DNA of 64,000 nucleotides from an uncultured virus (IMG/VR IMGVR_UViG_3300017733_000002) (IMGVR_UViG_3300017733_000002); one strand, 5' to 3'; counted from the first letter of the stretch, positions 17,502 through 29,251 are shown. Notes: generated by a model from the sequence alone, not told the origin. Numbers and translations: made by a program.

Positions 17502-19502
17502 ATGGCTAGCACTAAAATAATGCCAAAACCGGTAAATTATCTCAATAAAAACTTTAATAACTTTAAAGCAGATTTAATTGAGTATGCAAAGACATACTTT
17601 CCTCAAAGTTATGCAGACTTTAATGAAGCATCTCCTGGAATGATGTTTATTGAGATGGCATCTTACGTAGGTGATGTTCTATCATTTTATATAGATGAAC
17701 AATTTCGTGAATCACTACTTGCCTATGCAGAAGAAAGAAAAACAGTATTTGATATAGCACAATCTTACGGATACAAACCAACAATAGCAACACCTTCAAC
17801 TGCAAATTTAGATGTTTATCAGACTGTACCAGCGACAGGAGCAGGAGATAACGTAGCACCAAATTACAATTATGCTTATACAGTGAAGGCTGGAAGTGTT
17901 GTAGAAGCATCGGACTATGGAAAAACATTTAGGACATTAGATGATGTAGACTTTAGCCATTCTAGTTCTATGGACCCAACAACATCAGAAATTTATGAAG
18001 TAAACAATAACGGTGCACCAACAAAATTTTTACTTAAAAAATCTTGCAAAGCTGTAAGTGGTACAATAACAACAGAAAAATTTACATTTACAAATGCAGT
18101 TGCTTATGATAAAGTTACTTTAGGACAAAAAGGTGTTTTAGAAGTTATCAGCGTATTAGATTCTGATAACGGGAAATACTATGAAGTTGAATCACTTGCA
18201 CAAGATTTAGTATTTGATGATGTAGCAAACACTGCAGAATTTGATCCTAATCTTGCAGGATTTAATGAAACTACACCTTACATATTAAAAGTTTTGAGGA
18301 CACAAAAAAGATTCAAGACAAAAGTTAATACTGATGGTAAGTTAGAATTGTGTTTTGGTTCAGGAACTTCTTCGCAACCAGATGAAGAGATAATTCCTAA
18401 TCCCTCCACAGTAGGAAATAATTTTACCAATACAAACTTTTTAAATAACAATAGTGCATTAGACCCTGCCAACTTTTTAAATACAGCAGTCTATGGTCAA
18501 GCACCTGCAAATACAACACTGACTATAAAATATTCTTATGGTGGCGGTGTTGAGGCAAACGTACCTGCTGGCACAATAACTTCAAAAAGAGGTTTAGAAC
18601 TATCAATAGCATCTTCAGCATTAGATGCATCAATATTGTCTGAAACAAAAGATTCTATAGCAGTTACAAATCCTATACCTGCAACAGGTGGAAGAGGAGA
18701 AGAATCTTTAACAGAAATAAAAGAAAATACAAAAGCATATTTTCAAGCACAAAATAGATCTGTATCAAAAGAAGACTATATTACAAGAGTATATAACTTA
18801 CCTGCAAAATATGGTAATGTGCAAAAGATTTATATTAATCAAGATGACCAGCTACAAACTGGCGAAGGAATAATACAAGACGGTATTATCAACATGGAAA
18901 CATTAGAAAAATTAGGTGGAGAAGTTTCTATTGCAGAATTATTAGGTGAAGGTGATAGGGTGCGGAATCCAATGGCACTTAATTTCTACGTACTAGGATA
19001 TGACAGTGATAAAAAACTAGTCAAGGTAAATGAAGCAACCAAGAGAAATATTAGGACTTACTTAGGTCCTTACAGAATCTTGACTGATGCTATAAATCTT
19101 AAAGATGCATACATGATCAATATATCGGTTAGGTTTGCTATCTACGCGAAGAAGGGATACAATAAAAACGAGGTATTATTAAATTGTATTCAAAAAGTAA
19201 AAGATCATTTTGATATAGATAAATGGCAAATCAATCAGCCAATAATTTTACAAGACGTTGCTTATCAAATATCATTGGTAGAGGGTGTTAATAATGTTGT
19301 GCCTCCAATTGACAACAATCCAAATAAAGATACAATAATAATTCAAAATAAATTTAAAGAAGAATTAGGATATTCAGGGAATGTTTATGACATACAAGCG
19401 GCAACTGTTAAAGATATTATCTATCCTTCACTAGATCCTTCTATTTTTGAAGTACGTCTTCCTGATTCAGATATTATTGGTAAAGTGCTAGGAGATTATT
19501 AA
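17502..19502 (+). CDS. baseplate wedge protein, gp6/baseplate J-like
   Basis: DFNEASPGMMFIEMASYVGDVLSFY, GG..ES..EI, QNRSVSKEDY. Confidence 0.9.
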   Translation: MASTKIMPKPVNYLNKNFNNFKADLIEYAKTYFPQSYADFNEASPGMMFIEMASYVGDVLSFYIDEQFRESLLAYAEERKTVFDIAQSYGYKPTIATPSTANLDVYQTVPATGAGDNVAPNYNYAYTVKAGSVVEASDYGKTFRTLDDVDFSHSSSMDPTTSEIYEVNNNGAPTKFLLKKSCKAVSGTITTEKFTFTNAVAYDKVTLGQKGVLEVISVLDSDNGKYYEVESLAQDLVFDDVANTAEFDPNLAGFNETTPYILKVLRTQKRFKTKVNTDGKLELCFGSGTSSQPDEEIIPNPSTVGNNFTNTNFLNNNSALDPANFLNTAVYGQAPANTTLTIKYSYGGGVEANVPAGTITSKRGLELSIASSALDASILSETKDSIAVTNPIPATGGRGEESLTEIKENTKAYFQAQNRSVSKEDYITRVYNLPAKYGNVQKIYINQDDQLQTGEGIIQDGIINMETLEKLGGEVSIAELLGEGDRVRNPMALNFYVLGYDSDKKLVKVNEATKRNIRTYLGPYRILTDAINLKDAYMINISVRFAIYAKKGYNKNEVLLNCIQKVKDHFDIDKWQINQPIILQDVAYQISLVEGVNNVVPPIDNNPNKDTIIIQNKFKEELGYSGNVYDIQAATVKDIIYPSLDPSIFEVRLPDSDIIGKVLGDY

Positions 19503-20602
19503 TGGCTCATCATTTTATATTTGCAGAAAAAGATACTACACTAATTAGAGGCAATGATATTGCTGGAACAGGAAGTGCTAAGAATCTTGGTAAAGACGAG
19601 ATCTTAGAAGTAGGCAAGAACTTCCAAGAAAATTCTACTGCATTTAATAGCATTGCAAGATCTCTAGTTTATTTTGATATATCTGAACTATCTTCATCTG
19701 TTGTTGATGGCTCTATTGGAACAGATGCTAAATTTTATTTAAACTTATATGATGCAGGAGCAATTGAGATAGAAGATGATACAGTAATGCATGCTTATGC
19801 AGTATCACAAAGCTGGACAGAAGGAACAGGAAAATTTACTGACTTTCCACAGTCAACAAATGGTGCAAGCTGGAAATATAGAAATGCTAGTACTGCATCT
19901 ACGTGGGCTTCTGCCAATTCAAGTTTAGGTGGTACATATTATGAAGCATCATCTAGCTCTTACACATTTAATAAAAATACAAAGATAGATCCAAGATTTG
20001 ACGTAACAGAAATTGTCAACGGTTGGATAAGCGGAAGTATTAAAGAAAATAGTGGGTTCTTATTAAAGAGAACTGATGGTGAAGAGGTGAGCACTTCTGG
20101 ATCTGGAATGTTTAAGTTCTTTTCTTCCGATACACATACAGTATTTCCACCAAAGCTTGAAGTTGTTTGGGATGACGCAACATGGGTGACAGGCTCATTA
20201 GATGGCTTGACAGGTACACAGCTGGATAACTTAAAGATTACAGTTAAAAATTTAAAGCATGAATACAAAAGAGGAGCGCTAGAAAAAGTTAGAGTTGTTG
20301 GTAGAGAGCTATATCCGGCAAAAACATTCTCTACAACATCTTCTTATTTAGATGTCGCTTATATGCCCAGTGCTTCATCATATTTTTCAATAGTTGATGA
20401 TAAGACAGCAGACGTTATTATACCCTTCGGAACAGGATCTAAAATAAGCTGTGATGCTGAGGGCAACTTCTTTAAATTAAGAACTTCTAGTTTACAGCCA
20501 GAGAGATTTTATAAGATTCAATTTATGATTGAAAGTGGTTCAGGTATTAACAAAACTACACAATACATAGATGATGATCATCAGTTTAAAGTTGTAAGAT
20601 AA
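19502..20602 (+). CDS. virion protein with DNRLRE/carbohydrate-binding-like domain
   Basis: RSLVYFD, W.EGTG, DVTEIV.GW, GFLLK and F.SSDT....PKLEV.W. Confidence 0.65.
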   Translation: MAHHFIFAEKDTTLIRGNDIAGTGSAKNLGKDEILEVGKNFQENSTAFNSIARSLVYFDISELSSSVVDGSIGTDAKFYLNLYDAGAIEIEDDTVMHAYAVSQSWTEGTGKFTDFPQSTNGASWKYRNASTASTWASANSSLGGTYYEASSSSYTFNKNTKIDPRFDVTEIVNGWISGSIKENSGFLLKRTDGEEVSTSGSGMFKFFSSDTHTVFPPKLEVVWDDATWVTGSLDGLTGTQLDNLKITVKNLKHEYKRGALEKVRVVGRELYPAKTFSTTSSYLDVAYMPSASSYFSIVDDKTADVIIPFGTGSKISCDAEGNFFKLRTSSLQPERFYKIQFMIESGSGINKTTQYIDDDHQFKVVR

Positions 20603-20748
20603 TGCCAAATAAAGCAGCAAAAACAAGAAAACAGCAAAGAGCACGTGTTAATAAACAACTTCAAAAACAAGGAAGGACTGCAAAACAATATAAGAAGTGG
20701 CTAGCTAAAGAGCCAAAAAATCAAACACCAGCATACGGAAGAAGATAA
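20602..20748 (+). CDS. 48-aa highly basic peptide
   Basis: MPNKAAKTRKQQRARVNKQLQKQGRTAKQYKKWLAKEPKNQTPAYGRR; TAATG coupling on both sides. Confidence 0.65.
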   Translation: MPNKAAKTRKQQRARVNKQLQKQGRTAKQYKKWLAKEPKNQTPAYGRR

Positions 20749-21047
20749 TGCCTTACTCAAAAAAAGAATTAGAAGCTAATGAACACTACACCTCTCTTAA
20801 AGAAAGAGACGAACAAAAATATTCTACAGGTTATGGCAGTGTCCAAGTGCAGTGGACAAATTTAGGCGGACAATATTTTGATTCTTTAAGAAATAGTCAA
20901 GGAGTAGTCCAACTATACGAAACAATAGACACAGGAGAATCAATGCCAGAGGCACATCAAAGTATGTATGTCGATATTTATAGAAGAAGGTATCGCACAA
21001 AAGCAGATACTACAGATATTTTTGATAGAGAATTTAAAGAGTTATAG
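20748..21047 (+). CDS. hypothetical virion protein
   Basis: TAATG coupling; ends DREFKEL. Confidence 0.65.
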   Translation: MPYSKKELEANEHYTSLKERDEQKYSTGYGSVQVQWTNLGGQYFDSLRNSQGVVQLYETIDTGESMPEAHQSMYVDIYRRRYRTKADTTDIFDREFKEL

Positions 21048-21055
21048 AGAGCAAA

Positions 21056-24000
21056 ATGGCAATCAAAAAAAAGAAAAAAGGCACAGGCAAAGGATTTAAA
21101 AAGAAAAGCGCCGGCTCTAAGCCAATTAAGCTTGGATCTCCTGGCGGTAAGCTTGGACAGATTTCTGATCCTGTAATAAGTGATTTATCGATAAAGTCAA
21201 ATGAGGCTGCTTCTATAAACTCACCAAAAATAACAGGTACAAGCACAACAGTACAAGCTTCTCAGATGATAGCTTCTGGTGGAGCACCAAGCCCAGCCAG
21301 TATTTCTAATACACAGCAAAATGCCTCTGTTCAACCTGCTCCTCCAGCTGCTAGTCCTGAACCATTAGTCGGTTTAATAGACCAAAAAGCTAATAGGCAA
21401 ATAGACATACCACAAGACATATACAATCTTGTAAGGCTTCCAGATGTAAATGACTTCAAGCCTTATAGGGACACTAGCTATTATACACAACTTACAGGCT
21501 ATGATTACAAAAGTGACAAATGGCCTGATTTATACTTTGGCGGATCAGATGCTGATATTATTAAAGTTTGTGTTTACGGAAGTGATGGCGGAAAGATTGC
21601 TACTGAGTATTTAACAAAAAATAAAATAGATACGTATATTGCTAGTGCAATTAAAGGTTCTCCAGCTGTTGTTAAAATAGATACAGGAAAAATTTTAAGA
21701 GACTTAGGTTATAGAAGAGGAAGGTTTGAAGTAAAATTTGAATTTATGAGACTTTCTGCAGGTGGTCCATTTCCTGTATTAGTTAACGGAAAAGAAAAGA
21801 TTTATAGAGGAAACTTTGAACAAGGTGACCAGCAGTATTTTTATGCATCTTCTGATGATCCTAATTCAGAGACAATAGAAGGTGACAAACTTTATGTAAA
21901 AGAAAACAAATACATAATTACAAAAATTTCAGGTGATAGAACAGAAGCTATTATTGCTCCTGCCTTTATCGATGACGAACAATATTTAGAAAGCTTTAGA
22001 CTAGCAGCTTATAATTGTATTAACTGGTTTCCAGAAGATCCTGCTCCTCCTGCAGTATTTGTAGATCCTGCAACAAACGTAATTTCTTTTAACACACCTG
22101 AAAATCTCCCAACAGGATTTATGAATGGCACAATTCGTATTGCAAATGCATACTTTATGGGAAAGAGAATTGTAGATGAAGAAAGAGATCAACTAGAATT
22201 TGAACCTATAATCGAAACACAGACTTTAAATCCTAACTTTTTAATTGGTAGAACTCTTGATACAAAGTTTGGTTGGGTCGGTGGAGGGCCGTGGCCAAAC
22301 GCATCAGCTGTTAATATTTCTGTTGAAGATCCTGTAGAGATCGGCGATAAGAGAGCTTTAAGGCTTGATAATGTAATAGATCCAAATCCTTCAGGACAAT
22401 TTGCTGTTAAGGCAACATTACAAAACACATTAAACTTTGAACAAGAGTATTTAAATACTCCTACAGTAGACGGAGGAGCTGCTTCATCAGCAGGAAATCC
22501 GAGGTCTATTGGCGCAATTATGCGAACAAATTTAATTATTAACACATCACCTTATGTTCCAATGCCTATTGTAGTAGAAGGCACACAAATGACTTTTAGT
22601 GTCTACGTTAAAGCAGAAGAAGGTGAAAGACTAAGCCTTATGGCACATGCAGACCCATGGGCAGATAATGGAACAACAATTTATAGCCCAACAACAGTAT
22701 CTAATGGCGACTGGCAAAGACTTACATTAACATATACACTTACAAATACTGCTGGGATAAATAAGCTTTTATTTAGAATTAGATGGGAACCTGGTTATGA
22801 TGATAGCAACAATTTAAGATGGGATCCTTCAAATCAGTCAAGTGTTGAACAACATCACGTATCATTTGCAGGAGCACAAGTTGAACTAGGCCCTGAAGCA
22901 ACAGACTTCCACAGGGTGGGACCTGGCAATGACACTACAATTGATGTTGGTACAGAAAATATTATAAAATTCGCAGATCCAGATGGCAAAATTTTAATTG
23001 GTGATTTAGCACCAGGCGAAGAGTTTACTCCAAATATGATTGGTGGAAAATTAATCGTTAACGATGCACATGCAATACTAGATTTATCAGAAACATTATT
23101 AATAAATGAAATTGACAGTGATTCTGTTTTTGAATGGGACATACAACCTTCAGATGGTGCAACAGGAAATCCAAGAACTGGTGGAATGTTATCTAAAGTA
23201 AATGCTTACGCTATTGAAAAAATAGATGAGGGTGGCGATCCTATATTATATCCTATACTAGATGAAGGATTAAATTCACAAGCAATAGAAGTATCAGATC
23301 AGTTTGGTATATCAACATTTTCTAGAGGATACAATGCTCTTTACTGGTCTAGAAAATATGCAGGTACAGCTGATTTTGGTTATCATGCACAATGGGTTGC
23401 AGAAAAAGGGATCGATGGTGGTGTTGCTATGTGGTTTCCAGACTTAAATTATCAAGACTATATTTATGATGATATTGTTGCTGCAAGAATTGAAGCAGGC
23501 CCAACAGACAGAAATTTTGAAGTACCTTCAGTTGAAGAGTTTGCAGATAAAAATAATTACGCTCATAGATTTATGCAAATATCTACTCCTGAAGAAGATG
23601 TTGAGAGAATTGGAACAAATTTTAAATCAATAGGTGCATTAGCATCTTATGGTGTAAGAGTAGGAGATAGGATAAAAGTTAGCTGGATGCAAAAATCAGA
23701 TCCAATTGACTTTGAAGATGGGGGTAGAAAAGGTGCATGGGTAACTGTTAATCACTGGGCACAGTCAGAAATATCACCTCCTGACGTACCTGTTATTACA
23801 GAAGAAGATAGATTTTATGAAGACGAAGCATTTCACTTATATTACGGTGGTGTACAAGGTGAATTTGGTGCATATGATCCTTATGTAGAATTAGATGGCC
23901 TAAGAATAAACTCAGCTCCTAGTTTACCACCAGGGAATAATGAAATAGCTATAGAAAACTTTTTAAATCTTTACGCAATAGACAGACCTCAAGCAGAAGG

Positions 24001-27000
24001 AGCAGGTGGTTATGTCTACAATCAAGAAGGCGAGCTAATAGAATCAGAGGCATTTAAATGGTATTGGTTGAGTACTGGTGGATCAAATAATGATGAAAGT
24101 TTTAGTGATGATGATATTGAAGACGATCCGTTAGTTGGTAGGTGGACATGTAAGCGTTTATCTGAAGTTATTTATCCTGGCGATTCTGAAATGGTGTTAA
24201 ATCAGTACAGAGTAAAAGGTAACATACAAGGAAGATCTGCTCTACTAGACATTAATGAATATCCAAGTTACGATAGCTTTCCAACAAATAGAAATATTTC
24301 ATCAGACGGTGTTTACAAATGGAATGGAGAAAGCTGGGTTTTTGCAACAGATGGTGGACAATTAGACTGGAACTCTGTATTAGAGATAGAAGGTGATGAT
24401 GCTACACTTTATAAGAGAACTAGAAGGCTAGAAGCATTTAATTCTGGTCCGGTTTCTACAGGGCACATTTATTGTAACGAGTTCAATCAGTGGGAACATG
24501 CAGCATTTGAATTTGAGATAACAGAATTTTGGGCTTTAGAAAGACCAGTAATGCTAGATGTTAGAGGACACTATGGATCTTTTGGTAATTTATATGTAGA
24601 CAAATTAAAAATGGAAGTAATTAAGACTTCTATGGAAAGGCCTGAGATAACTGAGAATGCAGTACTAGGCCCACTAGAATTTAATATTGTTAATGTAATA
24701 GATACTGATAAGATAGAAGTTGATCATAACTATGTTGCTGCTTCTAGTGAACAGGGTGGATTAACATCTTCGATAGGGAAAAACAAATATTCTACTTTTG
24801 ATAAAGGATTTGTTATTGATTACATTACACAAGAGCAAGGATCAGAAGATATTTTTGCCAGATATGAATCAAAAATTTTAGACGTAATTAATGATCAAGA
24901 CTCACAAAAACAAATAGTTGTAGAAAAAACATACGAAGAGTATGGAGAAGAAATTGGTGCTGTAATGTCAGGTGCTGATTCTATCAACGTATTGAGTGCA
25001 AACTTTAACGACTATTTTATTAGATATAGAATGAAAGATGCAGATAATTTGTACACATATCTAATAACAGGCGATGATTCTAAGTCTTTGATAACAAACT
25101 TTAAGCCTGTGAATGTTGAAGATTACCCTGGTGCTATAGCATATAAATTTATGGCACCGCTCCCACCAGAAATCGCATTATTAGATATGGCTTTTATTGC
25201 TGAAGAAGCAACACCTGCACTGGTGGAGAAATTTGACCTTATACCTTTTATAGAAGAAAAAATTCCACCTACAGTTTTAAGACAGCCAAACTGGGATGAT
25301 GTTGATAAGCCTATAAGAGACAGGCAAACAAAATATCAATCACATACAGATCTTGTTGGTACTAATGTAGATGTAAGAAAACAAATAGAAGATAGAGTTT
25401 TAAGTGGAAGTTTAGAGACAGCAAAAATAAATGTTGATTATAGTCAGTTTAAAAACTTTTCACACTTTGGATCAGTAGAAAAGAAACTAAATAATTTTAG
25501 AAATAAATTATACGCAATAGAAACTTATGCAGCAAACAGTGCATCATTATTAGGAACAGGAACTTCACAAGGATATTTAGGAAACGCTGCTGGTGAATTA
25601 GTAAGCGGATCTTCAGATGATGTATTGAAGTGGGAACAGGAAGCTAGAAAAGTTATAAACGGATTTGATGAATTTGAAAACTACATGTACAACAAAAGCT
25701 CTTCTTACTCATCAGGATCAAACGGTGTTTTTTATGACAATGCACTTCCAAAGTATGCAGCTGCTGGTACATTATCAGATCCTTTTATTCCTTACTCTAC
25801 AACCAGTTCAAGGTTTACAACTTGGTATACTACACAACAAGCTAGTGCTTCTCTATATGATAGGGGTAATGCAAACAGATTAATTAATTTAATGCCAGAA
25901 CATATTACATCTGATTATGAAAACGAAGAGTTTTTAAATTTTATGGATATGATAGGACACCATTATGATATAATATGGACTTACGTAAAGTCACTAACAG
26001 ATGTACATGATAGATCTGAAGACATTACAAAGGGTATATCAGCAGGACTTGTAGAGCCTGTTGCGGAATCTTTAGGATTTCCTATGATCGAAGGTCGTGA
26101 TATGGTTTCACTTCCTCAGTATCATCTAGGTCTTGCAGAATCACCAACAGAAAAAGGTGTTTACAATGTAAGGTATACACAGAAATCACAGAAAGATGTT
26201 ACAAGAGAAATATGGAATAGAATACTAGCAACTATGCCTTACATGTTAAAAACAAAAGGGACAAAACAATCCCTAAAGGCATTAATAGCCGCTTATGGAA
26301 TACCAACATCTATTTTAAGAATACAAGAATATGGTGGACCTAGACCTCAAGCTGATCAGAATGATTTTGACATAAAACAAAAATTTACAAAAGCACTAGA
26401 TTTTAATTCAAGTCAATATGTGTCAACATCTTGGAATCATGCACAACATACAACACCATTTGCACAATACGCAAGAACAAATGACACAATAGAATTTAGG
26501 TTCAAAGCAGCATCTGAAGAAACTATGCAAATAGCAACAAAAGTTAGTGCTTCAGGTGACAGAATGGCAACAATACAGTTGGTAAACGATGGTGGTGCTG
26601 ATGGAAGAGGAAAATTAAAATTTGAATTAGAAGGAAAAGAAGGCGGTGGTAGAATATCACAAAGTATAGAATTGCCTTCACATGCAGTCTATAATGGTGA
26701 ATTCTGGTCAGCGATGGTTAGAAGAAGAACACACCACTTAACATCTTCTATTAGTGGAAGCTGGTATGATATGGCACTTCCTTCTGACTTACACACATCA
26801 CAAAGTTTTGACTTGTTCTTAGGATATTATGATGCAGGCATTGACAAAGTAATTGTTGCAGAGTCAGGAAGCATGACAGTAGAACATGAATTCTTGACAG
26901 AGGCATTTGCTAGAACAGGATCTCATCATGCTATACTTGCAAATCCAACTGACATGTGGCAGTGGGGTGGTTCAACAACAGATGCACATACTGGTAGTTT

Positions 27001-28492
27001 TGGTAGTCCATTTTCTGGTTCTATGATGGAAGTAAGATATTGGTCTACTCCTCTAAAGGCAGATGCCTGGTTAAATCACGTAGGTGCTCCAAAAGCAGTT
27101 AATGGAAATCATGAGAGTTCATCATATTTTGATATGAGTGCAAGATTTAGTTTTGATGATAATATAAACTTAAATGATTCTCCGAACGGAATAAAAGATT
27201 ATACATTTACAGATGGACAATTAATTGCTACTGCATCTGGATTCCCTGACACAATTAATTTTAGCAGTGTTTCTGATAGACAGAATGCATTTGTACCAAA
27301 GATAGGATTTACAAAACAAGCAAATAAACTAAGAATAGAAGCCAATACACTAAAACAGCCTGATGGAAGTCCTGGACTTTTAAGTCCGACAGAAAGAGTT
27401 GAAATAAGCTCTTACGATAATGCTGGTTTAGACTCCAATAAATTAGGTGTGTTTTTTGCACCTTCTGATGTTATAAATGAAGATATTATGTTATCTTTAG
27501 CAGACTTAGACTTTAGCAAATATCTTGGTGATCCTAGAGACATGTACAATGACAGATATTCATTTGGTGATTTGGATGGAATATCAGACACTTACTGGAA
27601 GAAGTGGACTACAAAACAAGGTTTCTGGGATTACATGAAACTTATAAAATACTATGACTTAAGTTTATTTGATCATATAAGAAGGCTATCACCTGCAAGA
27701 GCAAGAAAAAATATTGGTATACTGATAGAATCACACATATTAGAAAGACCAAAAATACCTGTAGGGGCACCGCCTGTATTTGATGACATTATTAAACGTG
27801 CTGAGATCGATGCAAAATATGCAGAACCAACATCTTCTAATGATTTCAGAACTGCAGAGGTTAGTATAACACCGGTTCCTGCTACTTCATCTAATGAGTT
27901 TAGAACTGCAACAGTTACTGATACAAACTTAAGCAACAGTATAACATCTTCAAATGTAGGTGATTATTCTACAATTGCTCTAGGACAAACAGGATCAATA
28001 AAAGCATCAAGAGATGAATTTGATACTGCAACTTTTGATTCTGAACTACGTGGTAATGCTCAATCATTCACACTTAAGAGTTTTGATGTTGATGTTTTAC
28101 AAACACCTGGATCACCAGAGACAGACTATAGTGGATCACAAGTTTATTTTGCTGGTGGTGGATCTGACGTATTGTTTGAGATACTACAACCTATGGTCAC
28201 TGGTTCTAGAATTGCTAGATTTAATCAAGAGAGAGTTTTCTTTTATGGATCTAATATAAGTGCATCAAAAGATTTACCAAATTCATCATCATTACATCCT
28301 ACAGATGTTGAATCATTGTTTACAACGCATACAGGCCTATCAAATCTTGCATATAATGGATGTAAAAACACTGGATTAAACCAACCGGATGGAACAGACA
28401 AGGCAGTTGAAATATTTGATGTCAATCCTTACGCAGTTACTGTTGATAAAAACATCGATTCCAACCTGGATGTTGATCTGATAAATGAATAA
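21056..28492 (+). CDS. giant baseplate/tail protein (gp7-like wedge) with carbohydrate-binding and LamG-like domains
   Basis: YMLKTKGTKQSLKALIAAYG wedge motif, TFSVYVK...WQRLTLT...GAQVE.G CBM-like segment and TIEFRFK...GSMMEVRYW LamG-like segment. Confidence 0.7.
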   Translation: MAIKKKKKGTGKGFKKKSAGSKPIKLGSPGGKLGQISDPVISDLSIKSNEAASINSPKITGTSTTVQASQMIASGGAPSPASISNTQQNASVQPAPPAASPEPLVGLIDQKANRQIDIPQDIYNLVRLPDVNDFKPYRDTSYYTQLTGYDYKSDKWPDLYFGGSDADIIKVCVYGSDGGKIATEYLTKNKIDTYIASAIKGSPAVVKIDTGKILRDLGYRRGRFEVKFEFMRLSAGGPFPVLVNGKEKIYRGNFEQGDQQYFYASSDDPNSETIEGDKLYVKENKYIITKISGDRTEAIIAPAFIDDEQYLESFRLAAYNCINWFPEDPAPPAVFVDPATNVISFNTPENLPTGFMNGTIRIANAYFMGKRIVDEERDQLEFEPIIETQTLNPNFLIGRTLDTKFGWVGGGPWPNASAVNISVEDPVEIGDKRALRLDNVIDPNPSGQFAVKATLQNTLNFEQEYLNTPTVDGGAASSAGNPRSIGAIMRTNLIINTSPYVPMPIVVEGTQMTFSVYVKAEEGERLSLMAHADPWADNGTTIYSPTTVSNGDWQRLTLTYTLTNTAGINKLLFRIRWEPGYDDSNNLRWDPSNQSSVEQHHVSFAGAQVELGPEATDFHRVGPGNDTTIDVGTENIIKFADPDGKILIGDLAPGEEFTPNMIGGKLIVNDAHAILDLSETLLINEIDSDSVFEWDIQPSDGATGNPRTGGMLSKVNAYAIEKIDEGGDPILYPILDEGLNSQAIEVSDQFGISTFSRGYNALYWSRKYAGTADFGYHAQWVAEKGIDGGVAMWFPDLNYQDYIYDDIVAARIEAGPTDRNFEVPSVEEFADKNNYAHRFMQISTPEEDVERIGTNFKSIGALASYGVRVGDRIKVSWMQKSDPIDFEDGGRKGAWVTVNHWAQSEISPPDVPVITEEDRFYEDEAFHLYYGGVQGEFGAYDPYVELDGLRINSAPSLPPGNNEIAIENFLNLYAIDRPQAEGAGGYVYNQEGELIESEAFKWYWLSTGGSNNDESFSDDDIEDDPLVGRWTCKRLSEVIYPGDSEMVLNQYRVKGNIQGRSALLDINEYPSYDSFPTNRNISSDGVYKWNGESWVFATDGGQLDWNSVLEIEGDDATLYKRTRRLEAFNSGPVSTGHIYCNEFNQWEHAAFEFEITEFWALERPVMLDVRGHYGSFGNLYVDKLKMEVIKTSMERPEITENAVLGPLEFNIVNVIDTDKIEVDHNYVAASSEQGGLTSSIGKNKYSTFDKGFVIDYITQEQGSEDIFARYESKILDVINDQDSQKQIVVEKTYEEYGEEIGAVMSGADSINVLSANFNDYFIRYRMKDADNLYTYLITGDDSKSLITNFKPVNVEDYPGAIAYKFMAPLPPEIALLDMAFIAEEATPALVEKFDLIPFIEEKIPPTVLRQPNWDDVDKPIRDRQTKYQSHTDLVGTNVDVRKQIEDRVLSGSLETAKINVDYSQFKNFSHFGSVEKKLNNFRNKLYAIETYAANSASLLGTGTSQGYLGNAAGELVSGSSDDVLKWEQEARKVINGFDEFENYMYNKSSSYSSGSNGVFYDNALPKYAAAGTLSDPFIPYSTTSSRFTTWYTTQQASASLYDRGNANRLINLMPEHITSDYENEEFLNFMDMIGHHYDIIWTYVKSLTDVHDRSEDITKGISAGLVEPVAESLGFPMIEGRDMVSLPQYHLGLAESPTEKGVYNVRYTQKSQKDVTREIWNRILATMPYMLKTKGTKQSLKALIAAYGIPTSILRIQEYGGPRPQADQNDFDIKQKFTKALDFNSSQYVSTSWNHAQHTTPFAQYARTNDTIEFRFKAASEETMQIATKVSASGDRMATIQLVNDGGADGRGKLKFELEGKEGGGRISQSIELPSHAVYNGEFWSAMVRRRTHHLTSSISGSWYDMALPSDLHTSQSFDLFLGYYDAGIDKVIVAESGSMTVEHEFLTEAFARTGSHHAILANPTDMWQWGGSTTDAHTGSFGSPFSGSMMEVRYWSTPLKADAWLNHVGAPKAVNGNHESSSYFDMSARFSFDDNINLNDSPNGIKDYTFTDGQLIATASGFPDTINFSSVSDRQNAFVPKIGFTKQANKLRIEANTLKQPDGSPGLLSPTERVEISSYDNAGLDSNKLGVFFAPSDVINEDIMLSLADLDFSKYLGDPRDMYNDRYSFGDLDGISDTYWKKWTTKQGFWDYMKLIKYYDLSLFDHIRRLSPARARKNIGILIESHILERPKIPVGAPPVFDDIIKRAEIDAKYAEPTSSNDFRTAEVSITPVPATSSNEFRTATVTDTNLSNSITSSNVGDYSTIALGQTGSIKASRDEFDTATFDSELRGNAQSFTLKSFDVDVLQTPGSPETDYSGSQVYFAGGGSDVLFEILQPMVTGSRIARFNQERVFFYGSNISASKDLPNSSSLHPTDVESLFTTHTGLSNLAYNGCKNTGLNQPDGTDKAVEIFDVNPYAVTVDKNIDSNLDVDLINE

Positions 28493-28565
28493 TTAATTAA
28501 AAGAAAAGTAAGTGATATTTATTCTAAATGTTTCTATATTACTTTAAAATTAGGAGTTAATAAAC

Positions 28566-29222
28566 ATGGGATACCTTAATAACGCGACAACAGTATTAGA
28601 CGCAGTCTTAACAAAGAAAGGGCGTGAATTACTAGCTCGTGGCCAGAACGAATTTCAAATAACAAAATTCGCACTAGCAGATGACGAAGTAGACTATTCA
28701 TTATGGGATGAAACAAATCCATTAGGAACAGATTACTACGGATCAGTAATAGAAAATTTGCCATTGCTAGAACCAACTTCAAACGCTAACACTGTTATGA
28801 GATATAAGTTAGTTACTAGAGATGTTGGAACTAATAAGATGGCTATCATTGATAACTTAGGTGACGGTAACGAGACTGTTGTTTATGGTAATGTTAATGG
28901 TGCAGGTAACGGTAGGACAGTAACACCAGAAACCAAAAACGTTCAGGGAATACAAGTTGATCCTAACGGTTACTCGTTTACCATACTAAATTCTTCTATT
29001 GCATTTTTGACAAGTGATTCTGGCGTTGTACCTAGCGGTATAAACTACGAAACTAGTGAACAAAGCATGAGTCAAACTGTTTATGGTTATTCTTGCACTA
29101 TTAAATCAAAAGCTATTCTAGAATCACAGCACGGTGCTACAACATCTGTTATTGTGACTGGTCTAACTTATGGTGCAACTAAAGCTGTAACAGTAACAGT
29201 AAATTATTTAGACGAAACTTAA
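28566..29222 (+). CDS. tail/baseplate structural protein, paralog A
   Basis: MGYL....LDAVLTKKGRELLA..FQITKFALADDEVDY, a tail-collar-like N-terminus. Confidence 0.7.
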   Translation: MGYLNNATTVLDAVLTKKGRELLARGQNEFQITKFALADDEVDYSLWDETNPLGTDYYGSVIENLPLLEPTSNANTVMRYKLVTRDVGTNKMAIIDNLGDGNETVVYGNVNGAGNGRTVTPETKNVQGIQVDPNGYSFTILNSSIAFLTSDSGVVPSGINYETSEQSMSQTVYGYSCTIKSKAILESQHGATTSVIVTGLTYGATKAVTVTVNYLDET

Positions 29223-29251
29223 TATTCGTCAATTACATACAAGGACTTTAA

